The notes: generated from the sequence alone by a model not told the origin. DNA of 64,000 nt from Dehalococcoidia bacterium (GCA_045562555.1 JBJKVO010000015.1:590198-654197), one strand, 5' to 3'. Positions 16,882 to 26,633 are shown, counted from the stretch's first letter. Translations and numbers: made by a program.

Positions 16882-19635
16882 TTACTTCATATCTCCCCAA
16901 CTTGGTCCCTGTTTTGTTTCTACTTTTAGTTCTACGTCCAAATCCATAGCATTAGGCATTTCTGTGACCACTATAGACTTAAGTGGTTCAAGTTCTTCAG
17001 TGGGTACTTCAAATACGAGTTCATCGTGCACTTGCATTAGGATTTTTGATTCCAGAGTCGTACTTTCGAGACTATTATATACGTTTATCATAGCTAACTT
17101 CATGATATCCGCAGCGGTACCTTGTATGGGCATATTAATAGAAATCCGTTCCGCGGCACTTCTGATATTAAAGTTTGATGCATGTATATCTGGTACGTAT
17201 CTTCTTCTTCCCATCAGAGTCTCAACATAACCGTTTTCCCTGGCAAAATTTTTGATTTCATCTAGGTAATTTTGGATTCCTGGGTATTTAGAAAAATAAG
17301 TTTTAATGAAATTATTACCTTCTTCTCGAGAAAACCCTGTTTGTTGGGTAATTCCATGCGCGGAAAGTCCGTATATAACTCCAAAGTTGAGGACTTTGGC
17401 GATACGTCTCATTTCAGAGTCAACTTCGTTAATATCGACATCGAACATCAGTGAAGCTGTGGATGAATGGATATCTTCTCCATTATGGAATGCGGATAGT
17501 AATCCAGGATCCTGAGAGAGGTGGGCTAACACTCGTAATTCAATTTGCGAATAGTCAGCTGCAAACAACAGAGAATCATGAGTCGGTGCAACGAATGCAT
17601 TGCGGACTTTCCTCCCTCTTTCGGTTCTTACTGGTATGTTTTGAAGATTTGGCTCACTCGAAGAAATTCTGCCAGTGATAGATCCGGTCTGATTATAGCT
17701 CGTATGCACTCTGGAAGTATGGGGATTGATCATATTAGGTAAGGCATCTACATAGGTTGATTTTAACTTTGATAATTCTCGGTAATTAAGAATTTGTTCT
17801 ATGATTGGATGTGTATTTTTCAGGAATTCCAATGAGTTCGCGTCGGTGGAATATCCTGTTTTCGTTTTCTTCGTTTTTGGTAAATCCAGTTCATTGAACA
17901 ATACTTCACTGAGTTGGCTAGGAGAGTTGATATTTAAGGCGTGTCCTGCGTGTGATGTTATGCTTTCGTATAAAATTTCCATGTCTGACTGTAATTCCGA
18001 GGACATGCTTTGAAGATCCTCTTTTTCTAGGGTGATGCCATTTCTCTGCATTTCTATGATTACGGGTATTAGCGGCATTTCTATGCTGGTCATGATGCTT
18101 TTCGCGAAAGAGTTATCTATTTCTGGCTGGAAACGCTGCCATAATTGCAATGTGCAATCTGCGTCAGCAGCAGCGTAAGGATATGCGTCTTCAATAGAAA
18201 CTTCGTTGAATGATATTTGTTTTTTACCTGTACCGATTAACTCAGTTATTGGTTGCATATCAATTCCCAAAAGATTTTGGCTTAAATTCTTAAGACCTAG
18301 TGAGGAATTTCCAAGTATATGGGCTCCCACCATGGTGTCAAAAGTAAGATTGGTCACGTTGATGCCATACTTGGATAAGATCATAAGATCATAGTTAGCA
18401 TTATGTGCACATATCTCTTTGTATGGATTTTGAAATATAGGCTTGACTTGTTCAATTACGTATTCTAAAGATAGTTGAGTGCCACTCGAATGCCCAACAG
18501 GTACATACCAAGCCGTACCTGGATTGATTGAAAAACTGATGCCTACTAGATGTGCAATCATAGGGTTCAAATCACTCGTCTCAGTGTCAAATGCTATCTT
18601 GTCTGCTTTTTGAAGAGATATCAACATATCTGTAATTTTTTCTTGATTATCTACGCAAGTATAGGATGTTTGATTATTAGGGCTGGGTTTTGAAATGGAT
18701 GGGACCTCGGATATTTCCTGTCGAGCTCCTGGGATTCTACTAATTATGCTGTTGAATTCTAACTCTTTTAGTAATGTGATTACCTCGTCCATGTTATAAC
18801 CACCAAACAGCGCTGCCTCAAAATCAACTGATATAGGAACTTCTCTTTGGATTGTCATTAGGTCTCTATTATTAAAAGCTATTGATTTGCTTTCTGATAA
18901 GGAGGTTTTGACACTGGGAGGATGAACTGATTCTAGGTTTTCATATATCCCTTCTAAATTCGCATATGAATTCAATAAAGTTATAGCTCTCTTCTCTCCG
19001 ACTCTAGGAACACCTGGTATATTGTCAGAACTGTCTCCTAAGAGTGCTTTGAAGTCAGGTTGTTGTTCTGCTGTCAGTCCTCCATAACGTGCTATAAGTT
19101 CGGGTTCACCGTATAGTTTCCGATCCCTTGCATTTGATCCCAAATCTACTTTGGTATAGGGCGATATCAATTGAAAAGTATCTCGGTCTCCAGTGAGTAT
19201 AATCGTTTCCAAGCCATGTTCTTCAGCTTGAGCACTAATGGTGCCTATGAGGTCGTCTGCTTCATATCCGTCTAGAGAAAAAGTAGGGACAGCAAATGTT
19301 TCCATCATTTGACGCACTCTATCAAATTGATGTTTAAGTTCTTGAGGGGTTTCTGCTCGTTGAGCTTTGTAATCAGGGAAAGCTATATGTCTAAAAGTAG
19401 GTTTGGGGGTATCAAATGTAATTATGCAGTGGCTAGGATTCCTGTCACTGATGGCTCTAAGAAAGATGTTTAAGAATCCATATACTCCAGTAACATCTTC
19501 TCCTGTGGTAGATACGGTTAGATTGTTCCCTTGTGCGCTGATCCCTCGAAATGCTCGATGAATGATTGCGTGTCCATCTATTAGGATGAGGAGATTCTGT
19601 GATGAAGAGGTATTGGTATCAAAAGGGATTTGCAT
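16882..19635 (-). CDS. polA: DNA polymerase I (5'-3' exonuclease, 3'-5' exonuclease and polymerase domains)
   Basis: 917 aa. 5'-nuclease motifs (LLIDGHAIIHRAF, GDSSDNIPGVPRVGEKRA), exo motif FDTETS, polymerase motifs DYSQIELRVLAH, RRIAKVLNFGVIYG, QVHDELVFE. Confidence 0.95.
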   Translation of the reverse strand: MQIPFDTNTSSSQNLLILIDGHAIIHRAFRGISAQGNNLTVSTTGEDVTGVYGFLNIFLRAISDRNPSHCIITFDTPKPTFRHIAFPDYKAQRAETPQELKHQFDRVRQMMETFAVPTFSLDGYEADDLIGTISAQAEEHGLETIILTGDRDTFQLISPYTKVDLGSNARDRKLYGEPELIARYGGLTAEQQPDFKALLGDSSDNIPGVPRVGEKRAITLLNSYANLEGIYENLESVHPPSVKTSLSESKSIAFNNRDLMTIQREVPISVDFEAALFGGYNMDEVITLLKELEFNSIISRIPGARQEISEVPSISKPSPNNQTSYTCVDNQEKITDMLISLQKADKIAFDTETSDLNPMIAHLVGISFSINPGTAWYVPVGHSSGTQLSLEYVIEQVKPIFQNPYKEICAHNANYDLMILSKYGINVTNLTFDTMVGAHILGNSSLGLKNLSQNLLGIDMQPITELIGTGKKQISFNEVSIEDAYPYAAADADCTLQLWQRFQPEIDNSFAKSIMTSIEMPLIPVIIEMQRNGITLEKEDLQSMSSELQSDMEILYESITSHAGHALNINSPSQLSEVLFNELDLPKTKKTKTGYSTDANSLEFLKNTHPIIEQILNYRELSKLKSTYVDALPNMINPHTSRVHTSYNQTGSITGRISSSEPNLQNIPVRTERGRKVRNAFVAPTHDSLLFAADYSQIELRVLAHLSQDPGLLSAFHNGEDIHSSTASLMFDVDINEVDSEMRRIAKVLNFGVIYGLSAHGITQQTGFSREEGNNFIKTYFSKYPGIQNYLDEIKNFARENGYVETLMGRRRYVPDIHASNFNIRSAAERISINMPIQGTAADIMKLAMINVYNSLESTTLESKILMQVHDELVFEVPTEELEPLKSIVVTEMPNAMDLDVELKVETKQGPSWGDMK

Positions 19636-19754
19636 AATAACCTTCTATTTAAAAATGATACGCCATTATTATACCTCACATGATTGTAAATTAAATGCTT
19701 CGAGATATGGAGGATGGATTGATAATGATACAATGGTTCTAGAGGGAGAATGAG

Positions 19755-20024
19755 ATGCCAATTTACGAATATTATTGTGAAGGGTGCGGGAAAACAAATG
19801 AGTATTTGATTTTTCCTTGGTCAAAAGAAGAATCTTTGACTTGTAAAAGCTGCTCACATACAGATATCAGGAAGTTAGTTTCCAGATTCTCATTTAAATC
19901 TCATGTGGACAATTTAAATTGGCTACCTAGTAAAGAAACTTTGTCAGATGTAGACAATTCTAATCCTGCTTCGGTTAACAATCATATCAACCGAATACGT
20001 CAAGGCAAAAACAATACAAATTAG
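19755..20024 (+). CDS. FmdB-family zinc-ribbon protein
   Basis: N-terminal MPIYEYYCEGCG....CKSC pattern, the typical FmdB/CxxC_CxxC_SSSS ribbon. Confidence 0.6.
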   Translation: MPIYEYYCEGCGKTNEYLIFPWSKEESLTCKSCSHTDIRKLVSRFSFKSHVDNLNWLPSKETLSDVDNSNPASVNNHINRIRQGKNNTN

Positions 20025-20034
20025 TTGATAACGG

Positions 20035-20925
20035 ATGTATCAAGAAAATATTACTAATCTACTGCAGAAAATGTATGGCCTGATTGCTGATAAGCCAGAC
20101 TATGTGAATGAGAGCGTGATATTGTCTAACGCTCTGCAGAATCTAGAACAAGTAGAATCCTCAAATAAGGATACTTTTGATTTGCTTGATTTAGCTCTAT
20201 ACATGTCTCCTATAGTAAATAAGGATCCTGCACATCAAGACTTACTTGAAGTCGTAAGTAGAATCATAACTCTGGAAGGTCAACACTTACGCTCCAAACA
20301 ATTGAGTAAATTCAAAGGGCTATATGTGATTATTGACCCTGAAATAACCAATGGTAGAGATCCATTCTTGATTGCAGAGGCTGCCGTAAGAGGAGGAGCT
20401 AAAATACTACAGTTGCGAGACAAGCTTTCTGACAAAGGAGTTATTTTAGAATTAGCTTATAAAATTCAAGAATTATGTGAAAATACTGAAGCTGTATTAA
20501 TTGTTAATGATCATGCGGATATAGCAAGAGCAGTTGGCAGTTTTGGATTACATGTAGGACAGACGGATTTAACTGTAGAAGCGTCACGAGCAGTATTGAA
20601 TATCGACCAGCATATTGGTAGATCAAACAGAGAATTAGAACAATTAGAGGAATCTCAATTATTGGAGATAGACCATGTGGCTTTTGGGCCTATGTTCAGT
20701 ACTAATACTAAGCAAATAGACAGAGAACCCCAAGGAATAGACCGTTTGAAATCTGCAAGAAAAGTATCTGGTAAACCTTTGGTGGCTATAGGCGGTATCA
20801 ATATCGATAACATAGGAATGGTAATTGACTGCTCACCCGAGGCCATTTGTGTAACAGGAGCAGTAGGTCTAGCAAAAAATCCTGAGTCATCTGCATTAGC
20901 TCTTAGTAAACGTATGGGTTACTGA
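20035..20925 (+). CDS. thiE: Thiamine-phosphate synthase with an N-terminal extension of about 95 aa
   Basis: From residue about 96: GLYVIIDPE, GAKILQLRDK, VNDHADIA, HVGQTD, PLVAIGGI, the canonical ThiE order. Confidence 0.8.
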   Translation: MYQENITNLLQKMYGLIADKPDYVNESVILSNALQNLEQVESSNKDTFDLLDLALYMSPIVNKDPAHQDLLEVVSRIITLEGQHLRSKQLSKFKGLYVIIDPEITNGRDPFLIAEAAVRGGAKILQLRDKLSDKGVILELAYKIQELCENTEAVLIVNDHADIARAVGSFGLHVGQTDLTVEASRAVLNIDQHIGRSNRELEQLEESQLLEIDHVAFGPMFSTNTKQIDREPQGIDRLKSARKVSGKPLVAIGGINIDNIGMVIDCSPEAICVTGAVGLAKNPESSALALSKRMGY

Positions 20926-20934
20926 GGTCTTATA

Positions 20935-21732
20935 GTGAGATTAGTTTTTTTAGGCACCGGGTCCGGAGGTAGTATCCAGAGATACCATACCTGTATTTAT
21001 GTAGAATTTGGTGATAGCAGGATACTTTTGGATGCATCATCAGGTAACTCTGCCCTGGTAAATGGACATAAGTCAGGGTTAGATCTTAACAGTATTAATC
21101 ACTTGTTATTAAGTCATTCTCACCATGATCATTCGAGAGGATTAGAATATTTGGAATCTCATCGTAATGTTTCTGGGGTAGAGAATTCATTGAATGTTTA
21201 TGGGTCAGATGTAGCATTGAGAGATGTGCAAAAATTTTTCAAAGGGATGGATAAAGAGTTCTTAATAGACGAAACAGGAGTGACACGAAAAAATAAGTTA
21301 GTAACTATGAAGTGGAACTCAGTTATGGAAGTTGACGTTTTTAACGTAGATGATATGTCTATCAAATGCCATCCTGCTAAACATATTAAGGGGGCTGTGG
21401 GATGGAGAATCGAATGTGGAGATGAATCAGTAGTTTTTTCTGGCGATACAGAGTTTACAGAAAATACTATCCGAGCTGCAGATAAAGCAGATGTTTTGAT
21501 ACATGAAGCTTATGGATTGAAACAAGATTCAAGTCGACTTAAGATGGTCAAGCATTCAAGTGCTTATGACGCAGGAGTAGTTGCCGCTGAAGCAGGAGTA
21601 GGCCAGTTGGTAATCACTCATATTAGTACGGATTATCATAGTAAAGAGAACTTATTGATAGAAGAAGCGAGCCAAATATACAAGGGTCCTATAGTAGTAG
21701 CACATGATCTTATGGATATGACCATAGAATGA
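20935..21732 (+). CDS. MBL-fold metallo-hydrolase (RNase Z/ElaC-like subgroup)
   Basis: LLSHSHHDHSRGL metal motif, FSGDT, HEAY, ITHIS. GTG start. Confidence 0.7.
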   Translation: MRLVFLGTGSGGSIQRYHTCIYVEFGDSRILLDASSGNSALVNGHKSGLDLNSINHLLLSHSHHDHSRGLEYLESHRNVSGVENSLNVYGSDVALRDVQKFFKGMDKEFLIDETGVTRKNKLVTMKWNSVMEVDVFNVDDMSIKCHPAKHIKGAVGWRIECGDESVVFSGDTEFTENTIRAADKADVLIHEAYGLKQDSSRLKMVKHSSAYDAGVVAAEAGVGQLVITHISTDYHSKENLLIEEASQIYKGPIVVAHDLMDMTIE

Positions 21733-21770
21733 ATTATGAAGCTATCAGATTCTAAAAATTAAGAGGAATA

Positions 21771-22283
21771 TTGATGGAAAATAGAGAAATCAGATACCAG
21801 TTTGGATCTCTGGATAATATAACTCCAGAAACATTTGGTGAACCAGGGAACCGAACTTTTCGGTTATCACTCTTTGTTGAAGGTTATACCGGATTGGTGT
21901 GGCTGGAGAAAGAGCAGTTATTTGAATTATCAAAATATTTTGAAGACTTGTGTGGGGACAATCCTGATAGAAAAGATAACACTGGATTCAGGGAATGTTT
22001 ATTAGCATCTGATTACCAGCCAACAGAATTCAAATGTCGGCAACTATCTGTGAATTTTGATAAAGATTCAGATACTTTTTATGTGGAATGTAGGGAAGAA
22101 GGCGAAACTATAGATGACACATCTTCATTAAGTTTTTATTTGTCAGGAAGCCAAGCAGTACAGCTTGCTAAGGCAGGTATAGAAATTTGTGAATCAGGGA
22201 GACCAATTTGCCCTTTATGTCATAATCCAATAGATCCAGATAGCCATTTTTGCCCCAAATCGAATGGTCATTCTAAATTGTGA
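21771..22283 (+). CDS. DUF3090 family protein (three-Cys-motif partner of SCO1664-family proteins)
   Basis: GEPGNRTFRL near the N-terminus and C-terminal GRPICPLCHNPIDPDSHFCPKSNGH. Immediately followed by its usual partner gene. Confidence 0.7.
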   Translation: MMENREIRYQFGSLDNITPETFGEPGNRTFRLSLFVEGYTGLVWLEKEQLFELSKYFEDLCGDNPDRKDNTGFRECLLASDYQPTEFKCRQLSVNFDKDSDTFYVECREEGETIDDTSSLSFYLSGSQAVQLAKAGIEICESGRPICPLCHNPIDPDSHFCPKSNGHSKL

Positions 22284-22304
22284 TGACATAAGCATAAAAT
22301 TGGT

Positions 22305-22982
22305 ATGGCGAGGCTGAAAACAGAAGTTCTTATATCAGGAGATATGGTCTCTTGTGCTCTAACTGCAAAGGGATCAAACTATACTTTCCTGTCTGAATTT
22401 GTTCTTGGTGATGAAAACCTTTTCGGAATATATAAACCTAGAGATGGTGAGGCGCCTTTATGGGATTTCCCTTCAGGAACGCTATATAAACGAGAATACG
22501 CATCTTACGTACTAGATGATCTATTGGGATGGAATATTGTACCAGAGACAATTATCAGAGAAGGAAAATATGGAATTGGCTCGGTCCAAATATATATAGA
22601 ACATGATCCAACCAAGAATTATTACCAAGTGGATGAAAGACATCATGATGAGCTTCGGAAGATAGCATGTTTCGATTTAGTTGCAAACAACACTGATAGG
22701 AAAGCTGATCACATTATAATCGATAACAACGATAAGTTATGGGGTATCGATCAAGGATTAACTTTTCATGAAGATATCAAAATAAGGACCGTGATTTGGG
22801 ATTTTCAAGGTGAGGATATTCCTAACGATTTACTGAATGATATTGAGGCATTGAAGATTAAACTGAACAATGATGATGTTTGCAAACGATTTGAAGGGCT
22901 TTTAAGTGAACGTGAACAGGAGTCACTAAGAGCAAGGATAGATTTATTTCTTGATTTCGGAAAATATCCGGGACTAGGCTAA
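22305..22982 (+). CDS. SCO1664-family protein (PI3/PI4-kinase-like fold)
   Basis: YKPRDGEAPLWDFP, FDLVANNTDRKADHIIID, WGIDQGLTFH catalytic-loop-like motifs. Partner of the upstream DUF3090 gene. Confidence 0.65.
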   Translation: MARLKTEVLISGDMVSCALTAKGSNYTFLSEFVLGDENLFGIYKPRDGEAPLWDFPSGTLYKREYASYVLDDLLGWNIVPETIIREGKYGIGSVQIYIEHDPTKNYYQVDERHHDELRKIACFDLVANNTDRKADHIIIDNNDKLWGIDQGLTFHEDIKIRTVIWDFQGEDIPNDLLNDIEALKIKLNNDDVCKRFEGLLSEREQESLRARIDLFLDFGKYPGLG

Positions 22983-24064
22983 GGTTTAAGCATGAAACAA
23001 GAAGATGCTTTGAACAATAAATATAATATTTGCCCCTCCAATATAGCTAATTCATCCAGAGCTGATTTTGTGATTTGTACGCTAAAGTGACTAGCTCCAG
23101 CGTAGCATTCGAGCATAATGCCGGAACGACCGTTATATATTTTAGTGACTTTCACTTCGAATACATTCCTTGCGGATATATTACTCGGTTTTTCAGTGGC
23201 TACGATTATGTCTGAGGCTTTGATGCCAATGTTTATATTATCTCCAATAGCTATGTCGTACAGTGGTATTTCTACATTAAGGTCATGATACTGACACACA
23301 GTGATACCGTTGGTTGCGTCTCGCGCGGTTACTGTCGCTTCGAAAATATTTTCTATATCTATTGAAGAGGCAGTTGGTATTTTTTCAGGTTGGCCCAATA
23401 CTTGGTTAGGCTCACCTGATTCGATAATTTCCCCGTTTTGCAAGACATGCATTTGAGTTCCCAATGCTAATGCTTCTTGTTGATCATGGGTCACTATAAT
23501 GGTCGGTATTTTGAATTCTTCATGTAACTGCTTAATTAAATTTCTGACTGACATCCTAAGTTCCAAGTCTAATGAACTAGAAGGTTCATCTAGCAAGAGT
23601 AGATTAGGTTTTATTGCAAGGGCTCTAGCAATTGCAACCCGTTGCATTTCACCTCCAGATAGGCTTAACACATTACGTTCCTCTAAGTTAGTGATGTTTA
23701 ATGTATCTGTTATCAAATTCAAAAAATCGGCGTGGTCATATGTTAAAGGCCTTGGCATCCCATAAGTTAAATTCTTCATCACAGAGAGGTGAGGAAATAA
23801 TTTATAATCTTGAGGTACATACCCTATCTTACGTTGATGAGCTGGTTGCGATATGTGGGAATTGGTATCTAATAATACCTGCTCACCTATTCTGATACTA
23901 CCCTGAGATGGATGTAATAAACCCAGTAGTAATTTAAGGATTGTGGTCTTCCCTGATCCAGAAGGCCCATATAATATAAGACTATCTTTGCCATTCATAT
24001 GAATATCGACACATAAATTGAAGTTATCATTTGAATATTCCAAATAGGCATGCACACTATTCAT
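22979..24064 (-). CDS. modC: Molybdate ABC transporter ATP-binding protein with C-terminal TOBE domain
   Basis: Walker A GPSGSGKTT, signature LSGGEMQRVAIARAL, Walker B LLLLDEP, plus an OB/TOBE tail of about 120 aa. In an operon with modA/modB. Confidence 0.8.
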   Translation of the reverse strand: MNSVHAYLEYSNDNFNLCVDIHMNGKDSLILYGPSGSGKTTILKLLLGLLHPSQGSIRIGEQVLLDTNSHISQPAHQRKIGYVPQDYKLFPHLSVMKNLTYGMPRPLTYDHADFLNLITDTLNITNLEERNVLSLSGGEMQRVAIARALAIKPNLLLLDEPSSSLDLELRMSVRNLIKQLHEEFKIPTIIVTHDQQEALALGTQMHVLQNGEIIESGEPNQVLGQPEKIPTASSIDIENIFEATVTARDATNGITVCQYHDLNVEIPLYDIAIGDNINIGIKASDIIVATEKPSNISARNVFEVKVTKIYNGRSGIMLECYAGASHFSVQITKSALDELAILEGQILYLLFKASSCFMLKP

Positions 24065-24067
24065 AAT

Positions 24068-24892
24068 TTACACCCTCGTTCTAGAAAACTTGGACGATAG
24101 AAAATGGATTCCAAGAAGAATTATCACCGATATCATTAGCAATATTAGAGATAAATTTAAGGCTGTGTTCAAGTCCGTTTCCATGGCGGTCATTATGCCA
24201 AGTGGCATTGTTTGAGTCTCCCCAATCATGTTTCCGGCAAACATTAGGGTCGCTCCGAATTCTGATAAACTTCTAGCCCAGGAAAGAGCTATGCCAGTAG
24301 TTAGTCCTGTCCAAGTCAAAGGTATGGTTATGTTCCAAAAAGTATGCCAGGGAGATTTACCTAATGTTCTAGAAAGATCTTCCAGATCTTTATCAATGGC
24401 TCCAAAAGATATTCTTGCAGAGCGGATGTAAAATGGCGCCGATACAAAAATTTGAGCAAAAATTACGGCTGTAGTCGTAAATGGAATTGTAATTCCTAAT
24501 TGTTCTAGAGTGCCACCAAGTATACCTTGTCTGCCGAACGCCATTAACATAGCGACGCCAGCTACTATAGGGGGAAGAATGATTGGTAATTCGATGAATA
24601 TATCTAATATTTTTAGTATTTTTGAGTCTGACCTAGATATTATATAAGCTACAGGAGTGCCAATTATAACGATGATAATTATGCTTATCAGGCTCGTGAT
24701 AATTGAAAGTTTGATTGCCTGTAATGTGGTTGATGAAAATAGTACATTCAGAAGGGAACCTGATGATGCTGTTTTAATAATTAATGCCAATAATGGTAGT
24801 CCGATGAAAAAAACGTACACAATAATTATAAGAGCACCAAGCGCATGGCTCGGCTTTGCAGGATTTTGTTGTATGGCTTTTCCTTTAATCAT
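24068..24892 (-). CDS. modB: Molybdate ABC transporter permease
   Basis: Polytopic protein with the EAA-type loop LSRTLGKSPWHTFWNITIPL. Lies between modA and modC. Confidence 0.8.
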   Translation of the reverse strand: MIKGKAIQQNPAKPSHALGALIIIVYVFFIGLPLLALIIKTASSGSLLNVLFSSTTLQAIKLSIITSLISIIIIVIIGTPVAYIISRSDSKILKILDIFIELPIILPPIVAGVAMLMAFGRQGILGGTLEQLGITIPFTTTAVIFAQIFVSAPFYIRSARISFGAIDKDLEDLSRTLGKSPWHTFWNITIPLTWTGLTTGIALSWARSLSEFGATLMFAGNMIGETQTMPLGIMTAMETDLNTALNLSLILLMISVIILLGIHFLSSKFSRTRV

Positions 24893-25716
24893 TCTGTTTC
24901 AAATCCATGCTGGCGTAATATTTCCCGTGCTGGTTCGGTTTGCAGAAAAGATAGAAAATTATCTGTTGGATTTGAACTTGGATGTATGCTCGCAGCAAAG
25001 TATTCTGCCATCACATTAATGGTTTCAGGGATCTTTATTTGATATGTATCTTTCACTACATGTTTGAGCTTTGCATCGGATGCGTAAACTATTCCAACGT
25101 CAGCTTCTCCTAGCACAGTTTTCATCACGACTGATTTTACACTGTCCTCATAAGATACGACATTGTTATAAATGAGGTTTTCGAAATTGTTGATTGAAAT
25201 ATCCGATGTGTTGGCAATATTAGCAATTAATTTTTGACTATAACCTCCTATCGGTACAGAAGAGTGAGCTAAGACAATTTTGATATTAGGCTTTGCTAGG
25301 TCATTCAATTGCTGTATTTCACCAATGCGGCGATTGTTTACGATCATTGATAGTTTGTTACTTGCGAAAAAAATGGGGTCGCTATGGACTAGGCCTAATT
25401 CTTGGAGTGTTTCAATTTGAGAGATATCAGCAGAGGCAAATATGTCGGATTTCGCGCCATGAGAGATCTGTGTCATTAATTTTTGGCTACCTGCATAATT
25501 GATTTTGACTTCAATGTGAGGATAATTGTTCATGAATGAGTTAGATATTTGGGTATAAGGATCCATCAATGATGAAGCAGCAAATATAATTAGTTCATCT
25601 TTGACTTTTTCATGATCGCTTTGGCTACAACTTAAACCACTGATGTTGATCATAAAAATGATTAGCACCGCATATCCGATATATCTTTTTTGAAACTTAA
25701 GTATTAAATTGGTCAT
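24889..25716 (-). CDS. modA: Molybdate ABC transporter substrate-binding protein
   Basis: Signal peptide, then IIFAASSL, YAGSQKLMTQISHGAKSDIFASAD, the typical ModA pattern. Confidence 0.75.
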   Translation of the reverse strand: MTNLILKFQKRYIGYAVLIIFMINISGLSCSQSDHEKVKDELIIFAASSLMDPYTQISNSFMNNYPHIEVKINYAGSQKLMTQISHGAKSDIFASADISQIETLQELGLVHSDPIFFASNKLSMIVNNRRIGEIQQLNDLAKPNIKIVLAHSSVPIGGYSQKLIANIANTSDISINNFENLIYNNVVSYEDSVKSVVMKTVLGEADVGIVYASDAKLKHVVKDTYQIKIPETINVMAEYFAASIHPSSNPTDNFLSFLQTEPAREILRQHGFETE

Positions 25717-25796
25717 GTTGTATTTTGTTAATTTATTTGATTAATCCCGATTATCTTATATAAAATACAAAAATCAAATAAAGAGGGTTAATTTAG

Positions 25797-26141
25797 ATGG
25801 CTTTAGTTAAATGTGTCACAGAAATGGGTATGGGAGTAGATGTTCATGGATTAGATTATACAAATACTGCTAAGAGAGCGGTGTTTGATGCATTGCATCA
25901 TAGTAGTTTGGGATTTCAAAGACTTTTAGGAAAGACAGCGGATGATATGAGAGTTGATGTAACTATTGGTTCTCCTAAACCAGAAGCAGTTGATGGAGCT
26001 GCGGTGTTGGCTACACTACCACACGGAACTGGCCACATTAATGTGGTACATGGCGGGCTTGAAGTTCTTAACGAAGATGGTACAGACGGGACATTGGTTT
26101 CTAATGCAATTATTATTGTCAGTTTTGATGATGGCGAATAG
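25797..26141 (+). CDS. Lin0512-family-like conserved hypothetical protein
   Basis: EMGMGVDVHGLDYTNTAKRAVFDALHHSSL resembles the N-terminal signature of the Lin0512 family as I recall it. About 114 aa. Confidence 0.4.
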   Translation: MALVKCVTEMGMGVDVHGLDYTNTAKRAVFDALHHSSLGFQRLLGKTADDMRVDVTIGSPKPEAVDGAAVLATLPHGTGHINVVHGGLEVLNEDGTDGTLVSNAIIIVSFDDGE

Positions 26142-26151
26142 TTAAAATTTT

Positions 26152-26177
26152 AAGAGGATGACTATTGTCATCCTCTT
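26152..26177. terminator. Perfect 11-bp hairpin between convergent genes (possible bidirectional terminator)
   Basis: aagaggatgac (26152-26162), tatt loop, gtcatcctctt (26167-26177). No strong T-run on the + side. Confidence 0.5.
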
Positions 26178-26195
26178 ATGTACCTGCTGGAAGTT

Positions 26196-26393
26196 CTAGT
26201 GGGTTCTGATACAGGCTTTGATGTTTGCGACGTGGTCATCTCCATCTATATCATGTTCAGTTGATATATGGTTAACCATATCTGCTATGACTCCATCATC
26301 AGTTTCAGCTTTTGCCACGTATCGGCATGGTCTCCCTTGACTGTCTAGAGCTAACGACAACATTGCGTTGCATCGAGCGAATTGAATAGCCAT
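26196..26393 (-). CDS. DUF1059-like small protein (65 aa), paralog 1
   Basis: M.I.FARCNA...C...A..D.GVI..MV.H....H.ID......NI.ACI.TH pattern. Tandem copy of 26436-26633. Confidence 0.45.
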   Translation of the reverse strand: MAIQFARCNAMLSLALDSQGRPCRYVAKAETDDGVIADMVNHISTEHDIDGDDHVANIKACIRTH

Positions 26394-26435
26394 TTCTTCC
26401 CCCTTTTAAATGGTTTATTCAGCACATTATAGATA

Positions 26436-26633
26436 TTAGTGGGTCTTGATACAAGCTCTGATATTTTCTGTAAGTTCACTTCCATCTATGTTTTGACAGT
26501 CAGATACATGTTCTACCATAGCTTTTATTACTCCTTCTTCATCTTCAGCGGTTATCACCCGTTTGCAAATTTTTCCTTCTTTGTCTAGAGCGTAAGATAA
26601 GATCGCGTTGCATCGCACGAATTTAGTAGCCAT
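26436..26633 (-). CDS. DUF1059-like small protein (65 aa), paralog 2
   Basis: Same length and Cys/His pattern as 26196-26393. AAGGGA RBS upstream; TATAAT-like box at 26668-26673 on the minus strand. Confidence 0.45.
   Translation of the reverse strand: MATKFVRCNAILSYALDKEGKICKRVITAEDEEGVIKAMVEHVSDCQNIDGSELTENIRACIKTH

Noticed and set aside
16109-16949. Plus-strand ORFs (69-106 aa) overlapping the CitE-like gene, and many 60-90-aa plus-strand ORFs inside polA
   Set aside because: They are antisense to long, motif-rich genes and have no RBS or recognisable motifs.
19636-20034. TPP riboswitch upstream of thiE (and of the TenA-like gene at 3313)
   Set aside because: The leader regions are short or occupied by coding sequence, and I see no CUGAGA/ACCUGA-type THI-box core.
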